From: the human T2T-CHM13v2.0 reference genome, Homo sapiens | Assembly: GCF_009914755.1 (NCBI RefSeq) | Contig: NC_060941.1 | Reading direction: 5' to 3' (one strand) | Length of the DNA: 64,000 nt | Shown here: positions 30,055 to 48,499 of the stretch, one piece after another | Layout: each line of letters opens with the position of its first letter | Position numbering within the stretch: position 1 is the first letter of the stretch | Translations under genes and position numbers: made by a program | Notes under the pieces: model-generated | Told to the model about the DNA's origin: nothing | The model's input: the letters and a program-made list of their open reading frames with translations, nothing else | Database searches by the model: none

Positions 30055-30186
30055 ATGAGGAGGCGGAGGTCGGCGGTCGGGTCCGTCTCTGCCCGCGGCT
30101 GTGGCGGCGCCGGCGGATCCAGCCTTAGCGGTTCCTCTCTGGGCGGCGGCGGCGGCGGCTCGGTTGACGCCTCCTCCGCCAGCTGA
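30055..30186 (+). other. Candidate 43-codon upstream ORF (MRRRRSAVGSVSARGCGGAGGSSLSGSSLGGGGGGSVDASSAS*)
   Basis: ATG with A at -3; TGA 65 nt before the RABEP1 ATG; requires a TSS upstream of 30055. Confidence 0.4.
30142..30159 (+). repeat. (GGC)6 trinucleotide repeat in the presumed 5'UTR
   Basis: Counted directly. Confidence 0.95.
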
Positions 30187-30251
30187 GCCCGCGGGAGCCC
30201 AGGACGCCGCTTCCCCGCCCATCCCCGCTCCCCGAGGCCGGCCGCCTGGTC

Positions 30252-30285
30252 ATGGCGCAGCCGGGCCCGGCTTCCCAGCCTGACG
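30252..30285 (+). CDS. RABEP1: RABEP1 (Rabaptin-5) coding exon 1: MAQPGPASQPD plus first base of V; phase-1 donor GACG|gtgagg
   Basis: ATG in strong context (gtcATGg) within a CpG island; canonical donor at 30286; peptide matches the known Rabaptin-5 N-terminus and joins exon 2 in frame. Confidence 0.97.
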
Positions 30286-33200
30286 GTGAGGCGCCCACCA
30301 TGGCAGGCGCGGCGGGCGCGGCCTGCCCGGCGTCGGCGTCGCGGGAGGATTTCGGGGCGGGCAGGCGGCGGCAAGGGCGCGCGCAGGCCCCGGGGGTGAC
30401 CCCGCCGGGCGGAGGCGGGGGCGCGCGGGCTGCGGCGCGCGAGGGCGGCGCGGGCGCCCCGGCTGCCGTCGCTGGGGAGGGGGCGGGAGGCGCGGGTGCA
30501 GCGCTTGCGGGAGGGCAGAGGGAAGGGCGTGGGGAGGCTGCTGGGTAGCGTGGGGTAGTGTGGGGAGGGAGCGGTTCTGGGTAGCGGGGGACCGGCACGT
30601 GGGTTCTGCCCGTGGGGGAGGATGGAAATCGGGAACATGTGCTATATTCGTTAAAGAAAAAAAATCTTAGCTTAGGTAGTGTACCCTCCCTGCCGCCCCA
30701 ATGCTTGCTATAGAACTCTTTGCACCCAGTTATGTGACCTGAAAGTAGTTGTGTACAGTAACTGGATTTAGTAGCATTCCCTGAATGGCAGTGTGGCTTA
30801 ATGGTTAAGTGTTGGGGCCTGGGAGTCTAGAGGACCTGTATTCTTAACCAGCAAGCTCTGGGCTCATTTCTTAGCCTCGTTGAGCCTCAGTATTCTCACC
30901 CACGAATTAACCAAGAGGTTAATTCATGCCTTTATATTTTATCTATAAAAATAGCAACACGAATGTGTATATACAATAATAGTATTATGGAGGTATTAGG
31001 AATAATGAGAATAGTGTTTGAGAATGCTGAGGCCTACTTGCACTACTTGAAGATATTTGCTTGTGGAACTAAAAAAAAAAAAGTGAAGTCGAAGAAATGT
31101 GTCATTTATATTCTTGGAAGGAAAAAAGGGCCCCATCCTAAATAATCAAAGTTGGTTGTCAGAGCCCTTCGTGACCTTCTGGGAAATTGGACTAAGCTGT
31201 GCTTCACAGATTGACTACATGGTTCCAGGTTTTACCACCTAGAATAGATGTTTGGAAATAGTGTGCTTGGGCTTTTCCAAGGTCCCACTGTATCTAGTTG
31301 TGAAAGTACTTTCTGGTGTATTTCTATAATCAGCGTGTGTGCTTAGCATCTTTAAGTGTGAATAGAGTAGAATGTTGGGAAAAGGGGCTTGGTACGGAGT
31401 AGGTACTTTAAAACTTGGCTTTCCTTGGGGTTGTCTCAAAATAACCTTTCGTGAAACCCTTACTTTTTATTTTTGCCTTTGGGGAACTTGAAACCATGTT
31501 ATCAGATTTTAAGGTTCTGGCTGCTCTCTGGGAAATGTGCTTCAGAGCCTGTTAGCCTGTAGTTTTGGGTGTTGTTGCTTGCCTAAGGGGAGATGTCCAG
31601 TAAGCATTTAGACTTTTATAAGAACCTGCTTTGCTGTTTCTGTTCCAGGAGAAGGGAAGGGAAGCATTTTTGGTGGGCTGTCAGAGAGAGGAAACTGGGA
31701 TGTCTTCAGGCTGCATTTTAATGATCACCTTTTGCATTTGGTGTCAGGCAAGAAAACTTTGTTCTTCCACAATCCCACTTTGTTACTGCACACAGAGGCA
31801 AGATACAGAGAGCTTGTGGTTCTGAACAGGAGTGGTAGGTATGCATAGCTGGCTGCTGCCTTCTCTTGAGTTGCATGGAAAGAAACGTCTAGGGCAGCTC
31901 AGGTGACATGACCGTCTGGAATCAAAATTCCCTGCCTCTTTGAAGATATGAAATGGTCTTCCTTGTAAATAGGCAGAAGTGACTAAGCACTTGAACGAGG
32001 CTAGGGAAAACTAGCTTTAGGAAATCTTGTATTCTTGGTATTTTAGTTCAGGTTTCTTTCCTATTTCTCAAATCTTGTGACTCTAGGATGAGATTTAGTT
32101 TGCATAGATTGCAATTTTTATTTTAAATTAATGTAGGTAGCCATGGCTACTTTTTACAGTAGGAGAGAGATAATTTGGTACGTTTGAGTGCCTTGTGTCA
32201 GTGCCTTAGAAGTTCATCTTGGGGATTTTAATTTTTTTTTTTTTCTTTGAGACAGTATCTCACTCTGTTGCCCAGGCTGGAGAGCAGTGGCGCGATCTTG
32301 GCTCACTGCAGCCTCGACCTCCTGGGGTCAAAGCAATCCTGCCACCTCAGCCTCCCAAGTAGCTGTGACTACAGGTGCATGCCACTATTCCCAGCTAATT
32401 TTTGTATTTTTGTAGATACGGCGTTTTGCCATGTTGCCTAGGCTGGTCCCAAACTCCTGAACTCAAGGGATCCACCTGCCTACACTTCCCAAAGTGCTAG
32501 GATTGTAGGTGTGAGCCCGTGAGTCCGGCTTTTGGGGATTTAATTTGTGTCTTTAGCTGAACTCATGTAGACCATTTTAGCTTTAGGCACGTTTGAATTT
32601 CCTAGTCCTGCTGATTAAAAAAAAAAAAAATCGCCAGAATTCTTTTGTGTCAAACTGGTGGTGAAAGATAACTAACTGCTTAGTCTTTGACTTTATCTTG
32701 TTTTATCCTGTTTCAGAAGCGATTGTCTTTGATGACTTTTTAAAAAAAAAAAAATATTGTCTGTTTTTCATGGCCATATGGTAGATTAGGAAAATCGATT
32801 TGTGTGTAAATCGAAGGGATGAAATGTAATCATTTTATTCATTGTAATTATTTTGTAAGTTAAAAAAAGTTTTGGGTTTTTGATACTGCATCTTAGTTTA
32901 CTTATTTGGAATACAGGTAATTTTAATAGTTAAAGAAATTTCAGTTGATCTGTTTTCCCTTGAGAATTTAAAAATGAAAATTTTCTAATTTTAGTATTTC
33001 TTTTAATCTAAGTTCAACTATATCTTTGAAGCATTTGCTCTGGTTTTACTTCACTTTTTTTCTTTTTTTTTTTTTTCTTTTGTAGAGAGGGTCTCATTGT
33101 GTTGCCCAGTCTGGTCTTGAACCCCTGGGCTCAAGTGATTCTCCCATCTTGGCCTCTCAGTGTTGGGATTACAGGCATGAGCAACTGCACCCAGCCTACT

Positions 33201-34054
33201 TCATTATTTTTTATTCTTGCCATGTTGGCCAGGCTGGATTCCTGATTGTTTCCTGTTAGTTACACAGACATGCTACCTTTTACCCCTGAAGGACATGCTT
33301 TACATACATAAGTCTGCAACTTCCCTATCTCACTTAATAAATGTTAGCTATCATATTATATACTCATGGTTATATGGCCATGTAATGTTCTGCAAACACT
33401 ATAGGCATTATCTTAGGAAATCTTCATAGCAATGGTACTATTGAATATTACTGCTTCTATTTTCTTGATGAGGAAACTGAAGCACACAGAAGTTAAAGAA
33501 ACGTGCCTGTGTTATACAGCTATTAAGTGGGGGAGCAGGATTCAAATCCATGCCATCTGGCTTATGTACTAGATCATGGACTACTTCCAGGTCAGTGTTG
33601 TAGGCCTTCTTCATTCTTCTTAAAGACGATCTTATATGCATGTACCAGGCATGATTTATGGCCTATTTCCCTATTGTGGGGCAAGTAGATTGTTTTCAAA
33701 TTTTAATTATTTTATAAGCAGTGTTGTAATGGATGTCCTTGTGCATATTTTTTAAGGTACTCTTTTACTTCTGTAAGACTAGTGAATTAAATAAAGGGCA
33801 TGAGTTCCGAGTGGTTTAAATTTTAATACCTGTTGCTAGCTTACTCTCCAAGGCATCAATTTACATACTTGCCAACGATATATGGCAGGTGGATTTCCCC
33901 TGTAATCCTACAAGCTCTGGATGATGTCATTTGTTTTAAATTTGTGTCTTTTGATTAAAAAAAGTGATATTGTTTGGCCGGGCATGGTGGCTCATGCCTG
34001 TAATCCCAGCACTTTGGGAGGCCAAGGCAGATGGATCACAAGGTCAGGCGTTCA

Positions 34055-36333
<2,279 letters not shown>

Positions 36334-36377
36334 TAGTAGAGATGAGGTTTCGCCATGTTCGTCAGGCTGGCCTCTAA

Positions 36378-36644
<267 letters not shown>

Positions 36645-36844
36645 TAGTAGAGACAGGGTTTCACCATGTTGGCCGGGCTGGTCTTGATCTCCTGTTCTCA
36701 ATTTATCCACCCTCCTTGGCCTCCCAAAGTGCTGGGATTATAGGAGTGAGCCACTGTGCCTGGTTGAAGTGTGGCTTTTTAATTTGCACTTCCAGGATAG
36801 GAATTATATTAATTATGGCCTCTTTGTTTATTGGCTGGCTGGCT

Positions 36845-36960
36845 TGCTTCCTTCCTTTCATCCATTTTTTTCTTTCTTTCATTTTTTTCTTTTTTTGCTT
36901 GCCCTCCCTTCCTCCCTCCCTTTCTTCTTCTTCTTCCTCTTCTTCCTTTTCTCTTCTACT
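36845..36960. repeat. Pyrimidine-rich low-complexity tract (CTT/CCT/CTTT)
   Basis: Read directly. Confidence 0.85.
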
Positions 36961-37797
36961 ATGAGTTGCTGTTTCACATCTTTCTTTTGTGGCTTGTCTG
37001 TTTATATCTGTTTCCCATTTTTCCATTGGGTTGTCCTTTTCTCAGTAATTTGGAGGAGCTCTTTGTAAATTATATTAGCCCTTTGGTATGTGTTGCAAAT
37101 TTTGGTCTCACAGTTTGTCATTTACCTCGTTTTAAAAATTTTTTGTTATGCAGAAAGCTTTAATTTTTATGTAGATCTGACCTTTTTTTTTTTTTTTTAA
37201 ATTTATGGTTTCTGGGTTTCTTATTTTGCTGAGGAAGACCTCCCCAACTCTCATGTTTATTTAAAGAGAAAAAACCTTATCATTTTCAACACTTGTGGTT
37301 TTTTATATTTTGTAGTCCAATCCATTTGCAATTTATTTATTTTTAAATTAGAGAAGTTTAATATAAAGAATTATTAACTAAACTGGAGATCACCCACTAA
37401 GACAAAAGAAAACCCTAAAGAATACAAGACTAGTAGACATAAGGAACAGTCTCGCTTCCAGGGCTGAGGCAGAGCACCCTTTATTTTTTTTTCTGAATAG
37501 ATAGATAGTTGTCTTAACGTTTATTCAATAGTTCATGTTTTTGTTTGTAAATTATAACTTGGTAAATCTCCCAACCTTTGAACTAGCAGAGATACTTAAT
37601 CTGAAAAACAAAAGCCCTGCACTTATCCACTGTCTTTGTCACTCTGATATCCCAACACACAGTAGCCTGGAATTAGGTAATGGCCTTTAATTTTCATGTC
37701 TTACCTGGCTTTCTGTGGAGAGAATTGCTTTTGAATCTTAAGGGCTCTAATTTCTAAAATATCTCCATTTATCATATGCTAGGTTTTTATCCACTGA

Positions 37798-38087
<290 letters not shown>

Positions 38088-40171
38088 TGATCCACTCGCC
38101 TTGGCCTCCCAAAATGCTGGGATTACAGGCGTGAGCCACCGCGCCGGTCCTCCTTGATTATTCTTAAGTATTTATTCATTCAGAAAAAATTTGGAATGAG
38201 TACGTTAAGTGCACCCACTGTGCTTCCCTCTCTTGTTTAAAAAAAGGACTTAAAAAATATCTGTTGCGTTTATAAGCTTAGGAGAGCATATATCATTAAC
38301 ATCTTTACAATTAAGATAAATTAATGCATTAAGTGCATATTAATTTAAATAATAATATTTATTATTATTTTTTGAGATAGAGTCTTTCTCTGTTGCCCAT
38401 GCTAAAATGCAGTGCCGCTATCTTAGCTGACTGCAACCTTGGCCTCCCGGGTTCAAGTGATCCTTTCATCTCAGCCTTTGGAGTAGCTGGAATTACTCCG
38501 TGCTCATGACCCAGCCTGACTAATTTTTTTCTAGTTTTAGTAGAGAGTGGGTTTCAACATGTTGCCCAGGCTGGTGCTGAACTCCTGGCCTCAAATGATC
38601 TGCCCACCTCGGCCTACAAAGTGCTGGGATTACAGGTGTGTGCCACCAGACTTGGATGCATTAATTATATTTTTTAATCCTTCTGATTCTTTAAAGGTAG
38701 TATTAACACTTTCACAATTGAGGCTATACAAATTAGTAACTTGCCTAGAATCCAGGTTGCCGTGACTATTTTCATTCTAGCTATCCCTCAGGCCAGTTTT
38801 AGCTTAGTAAACTTTGATCATTTTTAAAAAGGCAAAATTAAGGCTCCAATTTTCTGATCATAAAGTACAAAGTGTAAAAGAAAACTAGACTTGCTGAGCG
38901 TGGTGGCTCACGCCTGTAATCCTAGCACTTTGGGAGGCTGAAGTGGGTGGACCACGCGGTCAGGACTTTGAGACCAGCCTGGCCAACAGAGTGAAACCCC
39001 GTCTCTACTAAAAATACAAAAAATTAACTGGGCGTGGTGGTGGGCGCGTGTAACCCCAGCTACTTGGGAGGCTGAGGCAGGAGAATTGCTTGAGCCTGGG
39101 AGGCTAAGAGGTTGTAGTGAGCCAAGATCGCGCCATTGCACTCCAGCCCGGGCGACAGTGCGAGACTCCGTTTAAAAAAAAGAAAACTAGACTTACACAT
39201 AATTCTGTCCTTTATTTTTTTATTCTACATTTTAAATTAATTTTTATATCTACAAATAAAAATATTTTAAAACAATTGATCATATTGCACATGTGGTTTT
39301 GCATTCTGCCATTTTCATTTGGTTATGACGTGAACAGTTTCCCTGTGTTGTAAGTTTTTTTGTTTTGTTTTGTTTTATTAGTGGTTTTGGCCAGTTGCGG
39401 TGGCTCACGCCTGTAATCTCAGCTCTTTGGGAGTCTGAGGTGGGTGGATCACTTGGGTCAGGAGTTTGAGGCCAGCCTGGCCAACATGGCGAAATTCCGT
39501 TTCTACTAAAAATACAAAAATTAGGCCTGATGGTGTGCGCCTGTAATCCCAGCTACTCCAGAGGCTGAGACAGGAGAGAGTCATCTGAACCTGGGAGGTG
39601 GAGTTTGCAGTGATCTGAGATTGAGCCACTGCACTCCAGCCTGGGGGAAAGAGCGATACTCTGTCTCAAAAGTGGTGATAAGTCTGATTCATCATATAAA
39701 TGTATCATTTTCCTATTACTGCCAGTTTGATCATTTGTAAATTCTCGCTATTAATAATTACATAGGAAACAACATTCTCGTACATTAATCTTTGATCTCA
39801 TCTTTATTTCCTAGAGTGTTCTGGATCTGAAGTATGACATTTTGGTATATATTGCCAAATTGCTTTCTAGAAAGCCAGTTCTAGTTTACATTTCTTCTTC
39901 TTAGTGCTGACGATGTCTGTTAGTCTCACTTCATCCTTGTCAACGTGAAGTATAGACTTAAAGTGTTCTTGCCAATAGGCAAGGCCTAAAAATGGTATCT
40001 GACTGATTTTAGTTGCAGTTTTAGTATGATTGGCTTTTGTTCATTTTTTTCCTTTTTTTGTTTTTGATTTTTTAAAAAATATATATGTTGGCCATTTTTT
40101 TGTGTGCATTGCCTCATGATGTCCTTTACCCCTTTCTTATTAAATTTTTAGTTTATTTACTTTTTTTTTGA

Positions 40172-40462
<291 letters not shown>

Positions 40463-40757
40463 TGAGACAGGGTCTTGCTCTGTGGCTGGAGTCTGGTGGC
40501 ATGGTGCGATCTTGCCCGATTGCAATCTCTGCTTTCCGGGCTCAGGTGATCCTCTCACCTCAGCCTCTGGAGTAGCTGAGACTACAGGCATGCACCACCA
40601 TGCCTCGCTAGTTTTTGTATTTTTAGTAGAGATAAGGTTTTTCCATGTTGCCCAGGCTGGTCTTGAACTTCTGGGCTCAAGCCATCTGCCTGCCTTGGCA
40701 TCTCAAAGTGCTGGCATTACAGGCATGAGCTGCTGTGCCTTGTTCATTTTCTTATTA

Positions 40758-41114
<357 letters not shown>

Positions 41115-41332
41115 TCATAGACATTGGCCTTTGTTTTTTATTTGTTACAGATATTTACAGGTATTTTCCACGTTTTTTCTTATTTTGGCTTTTGGGGTAA
41201 TTTATTTTTTTGAGACAGGGTCTCTCTCCATCACCCAGGCTGGAGTGCAGTGGTGTGATCACGGCTCAATGTAACCTTGACCTCTCACCTCAGCCTCCTG
41301 AGGGCCCTATAGGCACATGCCACCATGCCTAG

Positions 41333-41476
<144 letters not shown>

Positions 41477-41846
41477 TAATTTTTGTTATAAAGAAATCTA
41501 AAATTTCACTTGGACAAACTTATTGGTAATATTTTGACATTTTCAAAGATGTTCTCTGTCGCAAAATCAATTAGATAGCTGCTCATAACTTATGTTGTTA
41601 GTGTTTAAATTTATTTTTAAACAGTGGCCAATTTTTTTCTACATCATTTCAATTATTAAGTTGTTTCTATGTGAGCTGTTTGTCAAGTTGGATCTTCCAC
41701 ATCTTGCACTTGTCATTAATTTTCTTTCTATAATTATTTTATAATTACAGATAAAATTTATATTGCCCATTGCAGACAACTAAGAAAATGCAAAAAAAGT
41801 GTAAAGTGAACAGTCAGCAAAGACAGTTTATTAACACTTTGGTATA

Positions 41847-42692
<846 letters not shown>

Positions 42693-43977
42693 AACGGTAT
42701 TGTCTTTTTAGAGTTTCATATGTATAAAATATGTTTAAAAAAAAACTTAAAAATTTGATAGAAAATTACAGTACTTTTATAGCATGTTTTTTCCCACTTA
42801 AATGAAGAGATGTTCATGATGTATTATTAAATAATGTTATTTTTGAGGACAGATGCGGTGGCTTACACCTGTAATCCCAGCACTTTGGGAGACCGAGTCG
42901 GGCAAATCACCTGAAGTCAGGGGTTCGAGACCAGCCTGACCAACATGGTGAAACCCCGTCTCTACTAAAAAAAAATAACAAAAATTAGCCAGGCGTGGTG
43001 GTGCACACCTGTAATCCCAGCTATTTGAGAGAGGCTTAGGCAGGACAATCCCTTGAACCCAGGAGGTGGAGGTTGCCATGAGCTGAGATCATGCCACTGC
43101 ACTCAAGCCTGGGCAACAGAGGAAGATTCCGTCTCAAAAAAAAAAAAAAAAGTTATTTTTAATGGTATGTAACAATAGTATTCTAATGTATGGATTCCAT
43201 AATAGGTTTAATTAACCCTCTTAGTAAGTATTGTTTTTATTTTTTTCTATTTCAAAGGACACTGCGGCAAACATCCTGATACATGTGTCTCTAAATATTT
43301 AGCCAAATACTTCCCTCTGCTAAATCCCTGTTCTGTCAAAGTTTACATACATTTAAAATTTGATACTTTTGATACATTTAAGTTTTTATATGTTCTTTTG
43401 TGTCATTAGGAATAACTGTCTGAGACCAACTGGAAAGCCAACCCCTAGTAGCTTCAAAAGTGAAGGGTTCAGTTTTTCTGTGTGTTACACATTCACAAGT
43501 AGAGCATTCTAAATTTGGTTCAGCTGCTCAAGGATGTCAAAGATCTGAGTTTCTTCAGTTTTCTGCTTTCTTCCTCTGTGGGCCTGTTTGCCACATCATT
43601 ATTTTTTGTAGATTTAGTTCTGATTTCTTTTTGGGACTATTTATTCCTTTAAATCTTCTACTGTTTTCTTAGTTACATTTGTTGGGTTCTCTACTTCAGG
43701 CACATGGATCATCCTTATATTGGATAGTCTGTTTCTCATAGCTGTTTCCTCTCTAATTGCTTTACTTTTCTTTAAAATTCACTGAGATTATCTCAGGTCT
43801 TTTTGATGTGTTTAACAAAACGGATTGCATTAATGGATTTCTGGATGTTAGTTTTTGCGCACTTCAGATGAACTCAACTTGGTTGTGATGGATTGTTATT
43901 GTAGTATGTAGCTAGATCTGATTTGCTAAGGTTCGAGAATTTTTGCGATTATATTCATAAGTGAGATTGGCTTGTAG

Positions 43978-44189
<212 letters not shown>

Positions 44190-46404
44190 TAGTAGACTGG
44201 GTTTCTACATGTTGATGAGGCCGGTCTCAAACTCCCAACCTCAGGTAATCCACCCGCCTTGGCCTCCCAAAGTGCTGGGATTACAGGTGTGAGCCACCGT
44301 GCCCAGCCTGGTTTTGGTATCTTGATTATACTAGCTTGGTAAAACGGGAAACATTTCATTTTTTTCTATGTTGAGGACAGTTTAAGTAGTATAGAAAATA
44401 TTCTCTGAACATTTGATAGAATTTATGTTCTCTTTCAAGATTCATCTTAACTTGTATAGCTATTGCATAATTTATTTTGTCAATTTTATTTTCTTTTTGT
44501 TTTTGGTTGGGGTGGGCAAGGTCTCACTCTGTAGCTCCAGCTGGAGTGCAGTGGTACAGTCATGGCTCACGGTAGCCTTGACCCCGTGGGGTCAGTTGAT
44601 CCTCAACCTTCTGAGCAGCTGGGACTACAGGTGTGCACCACCACATCTGGCTAATTTTTTATTTTTTGTAGAGAAGAGGTTTCACCATGTTGCTCAGACT
44701 GGTCTCGAACTCTTGGCTCAAATGATCTGCCTGCCTCAGCTTCCATGAGTGCTGGGATTACAGGCGTGAGCCACTGTGCCCAGCTTTTTGTTAGTTTTCT
44801 ATTGTTAGATATTGACTTTTTCCGAATGTTTTGGAATTTTAACTGATACTGCAGTCAATATTCTTGCAATTATGTCTTTATACATATCTATGATTATTTC
44901 CTTAGGATAAATTCTTGGTGGTGAAATTGTATAATGACCTTTAGTTGAGAACCACTGGTTTATGACAAAATGCTTTAGGATACCCCCTTTACCATTCTGA
45001 TATAAAATTGTACACAAGACTTTTTTAAAAACCCCAAAACCTAACAGCATAATGCCTTTATTGTAAAGGAAAATAATTTGTAATTAATACAGATTGCTTA
45101 CAGATTTCAACGTATAAATGAACAGTGTGACTGCATAAAAGAAGAACATCCCTAGGAGGTGGTATTACACCGTTTACAACTTCTGCTCATGTGACTCATG
45201 AATCTCCTCTATTAAACACCTGTAATCATGGGGAAATCCAGCTAGGCCTTGGAACCAGGCAGGTCAGTGTTTGAATCCAGCTCTGCTACTTACTAGCTGT
45301 ATATCAATAGGTTAGCTTAATCTTAGAATGTTTCTGCATCTGTAACTGGGGTGATAATGCCTATTTTATGGTTTGGTTTGAAAATTTAATGAGCCAGTGT
45401 ATAAAATAACTTGCCTGATACTCCATGAAGAGCTATTTGTGAATTATTTAATCCTTACTACAAAGCTAGAAGATAGTCCTATTATTAGTCCCCCTTGTTA
45501 CAGATGGAGAGAAGGAACCAGCTTAGTGGGAGGGCTGGGATTCAAACCCTAGTTTAATTCCAGAGCCTGTGCTCTCAGCTGTTATGCTCTGTGGCTTCTC
45601 ATATAATAGTTGATAAATAGGCAATGGATACTTGATTGTTAGCTCAATTACACATTTCATTTTCTGTAGCTTTAATCAAGAGTTTCCTCCCAAGTGTTAA
45701 CATCAGCGTTCTTTCCTTAAGACTTCTCTTTCCTCTTGGTTCTTGTGTTCCCTTCCTGAGACATACAGTTAATCTCCTTCATCCACATGTAGGCAGATAG
45801 CTATTTATTAAAAATTCTGTTCCCTCTCTGTGTATGACCTTGCTATTTCGGAAAAGCCCATAAATAATGCAGCCAACTTTCCTTGTAAATAAAATATAAC
45901 CCTGTGTTTTTATTATTTATTTAGAAGAACTTTTCTTCTGATAAGTAACCCCCACTGTAGAGTTTATAGCTAATATGTAGCCTTTTTATAACCCAAGTGT
46001 AGGGAGATAAGGAATTACATCTACATTTTAAAATTTTCTATGTTACAATCAAGGGAAGAGTATATATAGGGAATTTGATTCGTTTTACGGTATAATTAAA
46101 TATGGTTCTAAGAGGTGTTTTTTGTTGCATTAGGCTTTTTTCTTGTAAATGATAGAAATCTTAAGACTATTCTAAACCAATTACTGTTTATATTAGAGGA
46201 ACTGGTAATAACCAGAGATTATGATATTCTTTATGAATAGTTCTCCACTCTGAATTGTGTGTGTATGTGCATAATGCCTCGTTATATCTTCATATGGAGC
46301 TTCTTAAACACTTAAAAATATTAGTATGTAGAGTCACCACCTTCCATGTGTCATGATTCTTAATGTATGGCCAGTCTCACGTATAACTCCCACCTCCTCC
46401 AGGA

Positions 46405-46701
<297 letters not shown>

Positions 46702-47470
46702 TCCTCCAGGATTTTAAACTAGGAATCTGTGATTTTATTTGGAAATATTTCAGTGTATGTGTAAACGTACCACAATGCTATTATAACACCTAAAACCAGT
46801 TAACAGTAACACCAAATATCCATTCTGTGTTCACATATTCCCCAGTTGTCGTGCGCACTTGTGTGTGTGTGGAGGGGGTGTGGTGGGAGGAAGTTTCAGC
46901 CTACCACACTGATACCCAAACTGTCTCATTTTTGGCCAGTGTGTGGCCTCTTTACATTGACTCCTAAATCTTTTTATATAACCTTAACAGACAAGATGTT
47001 CCAGGCTTATCTTGTACACTTCCTGCCCTGGACCTGGAATTGGTCCTTTTTCCTAAGGATCCCTAGTTCCTTTTAGTGGGGAATGTCATTTAGAGAACAC
47101 AGTCTGGGTACTAGGTGTGTAGCAGGTTTTTTTTTTTTTTTTAAGCAGTTTTACTTAAATCACTATTATCACTATTATCCTTAAACAGAGAACACTGGGC
47201 ATCATTTAATCTTTTATTGAGGACTTAGTATTATGGAAGTTAGTTTTGGTACTGAGCGGTAAGCTAATGAGTCCCTAGGGCCACTGAAGTTTGTTTTCAG
47301 TTAGTTTTGTTTGCCCTTATATTAAGTGGTTCTGAATTCCAATTCATTTTTAGTCACGGTTTTATTTTTGCCTTGTGACTCAGTCCTCTCTGCTGTCATT
47401 GGGGTTTGTTTCTCATTTACAGGGCTATTCAAGCTGCTCTCTGCACTCATTTCTTTTTCTTTTTTTCTTT

Positions 47471-47503
<33 letters not shown>

Positions 47504-47504
47504 A

Positions 47505-47702
<198 letters not shown>

Positions 47703-48499
47703 TGATCTCTTGACCTCATGATCTGCCCACCTCGGCCTCCCAAAGTGCTGTGATTACAGGCATCAGCCACCGTGCCTGGCCTACACTCATTTCTAAACTG
47801 CTTTTTCTCTCTGATTGGACTCCAGGCAAAACTGAGGGTTATATTAGGAGATATGACTGGGTCTTATAGAGTATAATATGCAGTTAGATGGGAAGGAAAA
47901 TCTACCCAGCTAAGCATTCAAGTGCATGAGTTTTTCATTTCTGTTAAGCTTGAAGGCTGTTACATTACATTTTGTTGCCAGGCCTCCTTAGGCTTCTCTA
48001 GACTGTGAAAGTTTCTGTGACTTTGGTTTGATGATCTTGCCAGTTTTAAGAAGTACTGGTCAGGTATTTTGCAGAATGTCCCTAAATTGGGATCTGTGTG
48101 ATGTTTTTCTCATGATTAGACTGACATAGCGTCTTGGGAGGAAGAGCACATGGGTAAAGTATCGTTTTCTTTGTGTCACATCAAGGTTACATACATGGCT
48201 TATCAGTGATGTGTAGCCTTGACCACCCCTACTGAGGTAGTATTGGTCAAGTTTCTCTCTCTTTCTTGGGGTGCAAGCGGGGGGACCTTTCTATACTGTA
48301 CTCTTGAGAAGGAAGTCAGTATGTGCTCCCCCATCCCCGTATGATGTTATGAAATCAGCCAGGTTGATCGTAAGCAGATTTTTCAAGTGTTTCCTACCCT
48401 CTAACTCTTGTTAATTCCTTGTAGATGTTTGTTATTATTGTTTAATCATTGCTTAGCACCCTATGAGCAGTCTTTAAGAGTATGGTAGTGGGAGTGACA

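Larger units (their letters stand above)
29640..30640. promoter_or_regulatory. RABEP1: CpG island / RABEP1 promoter, 5'UTR and start of intron 1
   Basis: Abrupt rise in GC and CpG density around exon 1; no TATA box; boundaries approximate; exact TSS not determinable from sequence. Confidence 0.92.

Noticed and set aside
29699-30058. ORFs with repeated PPRSLRAPSAL (and SAEGARRERGG on the - strand)
   Set aside because: By-product of the stop-free 11-mer repeat; they begin at non-ATG codons
30000-30638. 212-aa and 157-aa antisense ORFs over the CpG island
   Set aside because: Long open frames are expected in very GC-rich DNA; low-complexity Pro/Arg/Ala content with no recognisable domain
30904-30925. 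9-bp hairpin GAATTAACC-aaga-GGTTAATTC
   Set aside because: Short, lies within a MIR-like relic, and plausible by chance in 64 kb
36703-37163. ORFs with poly-Glu, poly-Ser or Phe-rich stretches
   Set aside because: Derived from a CT-rich low-complexity tract inside old L1 sequence
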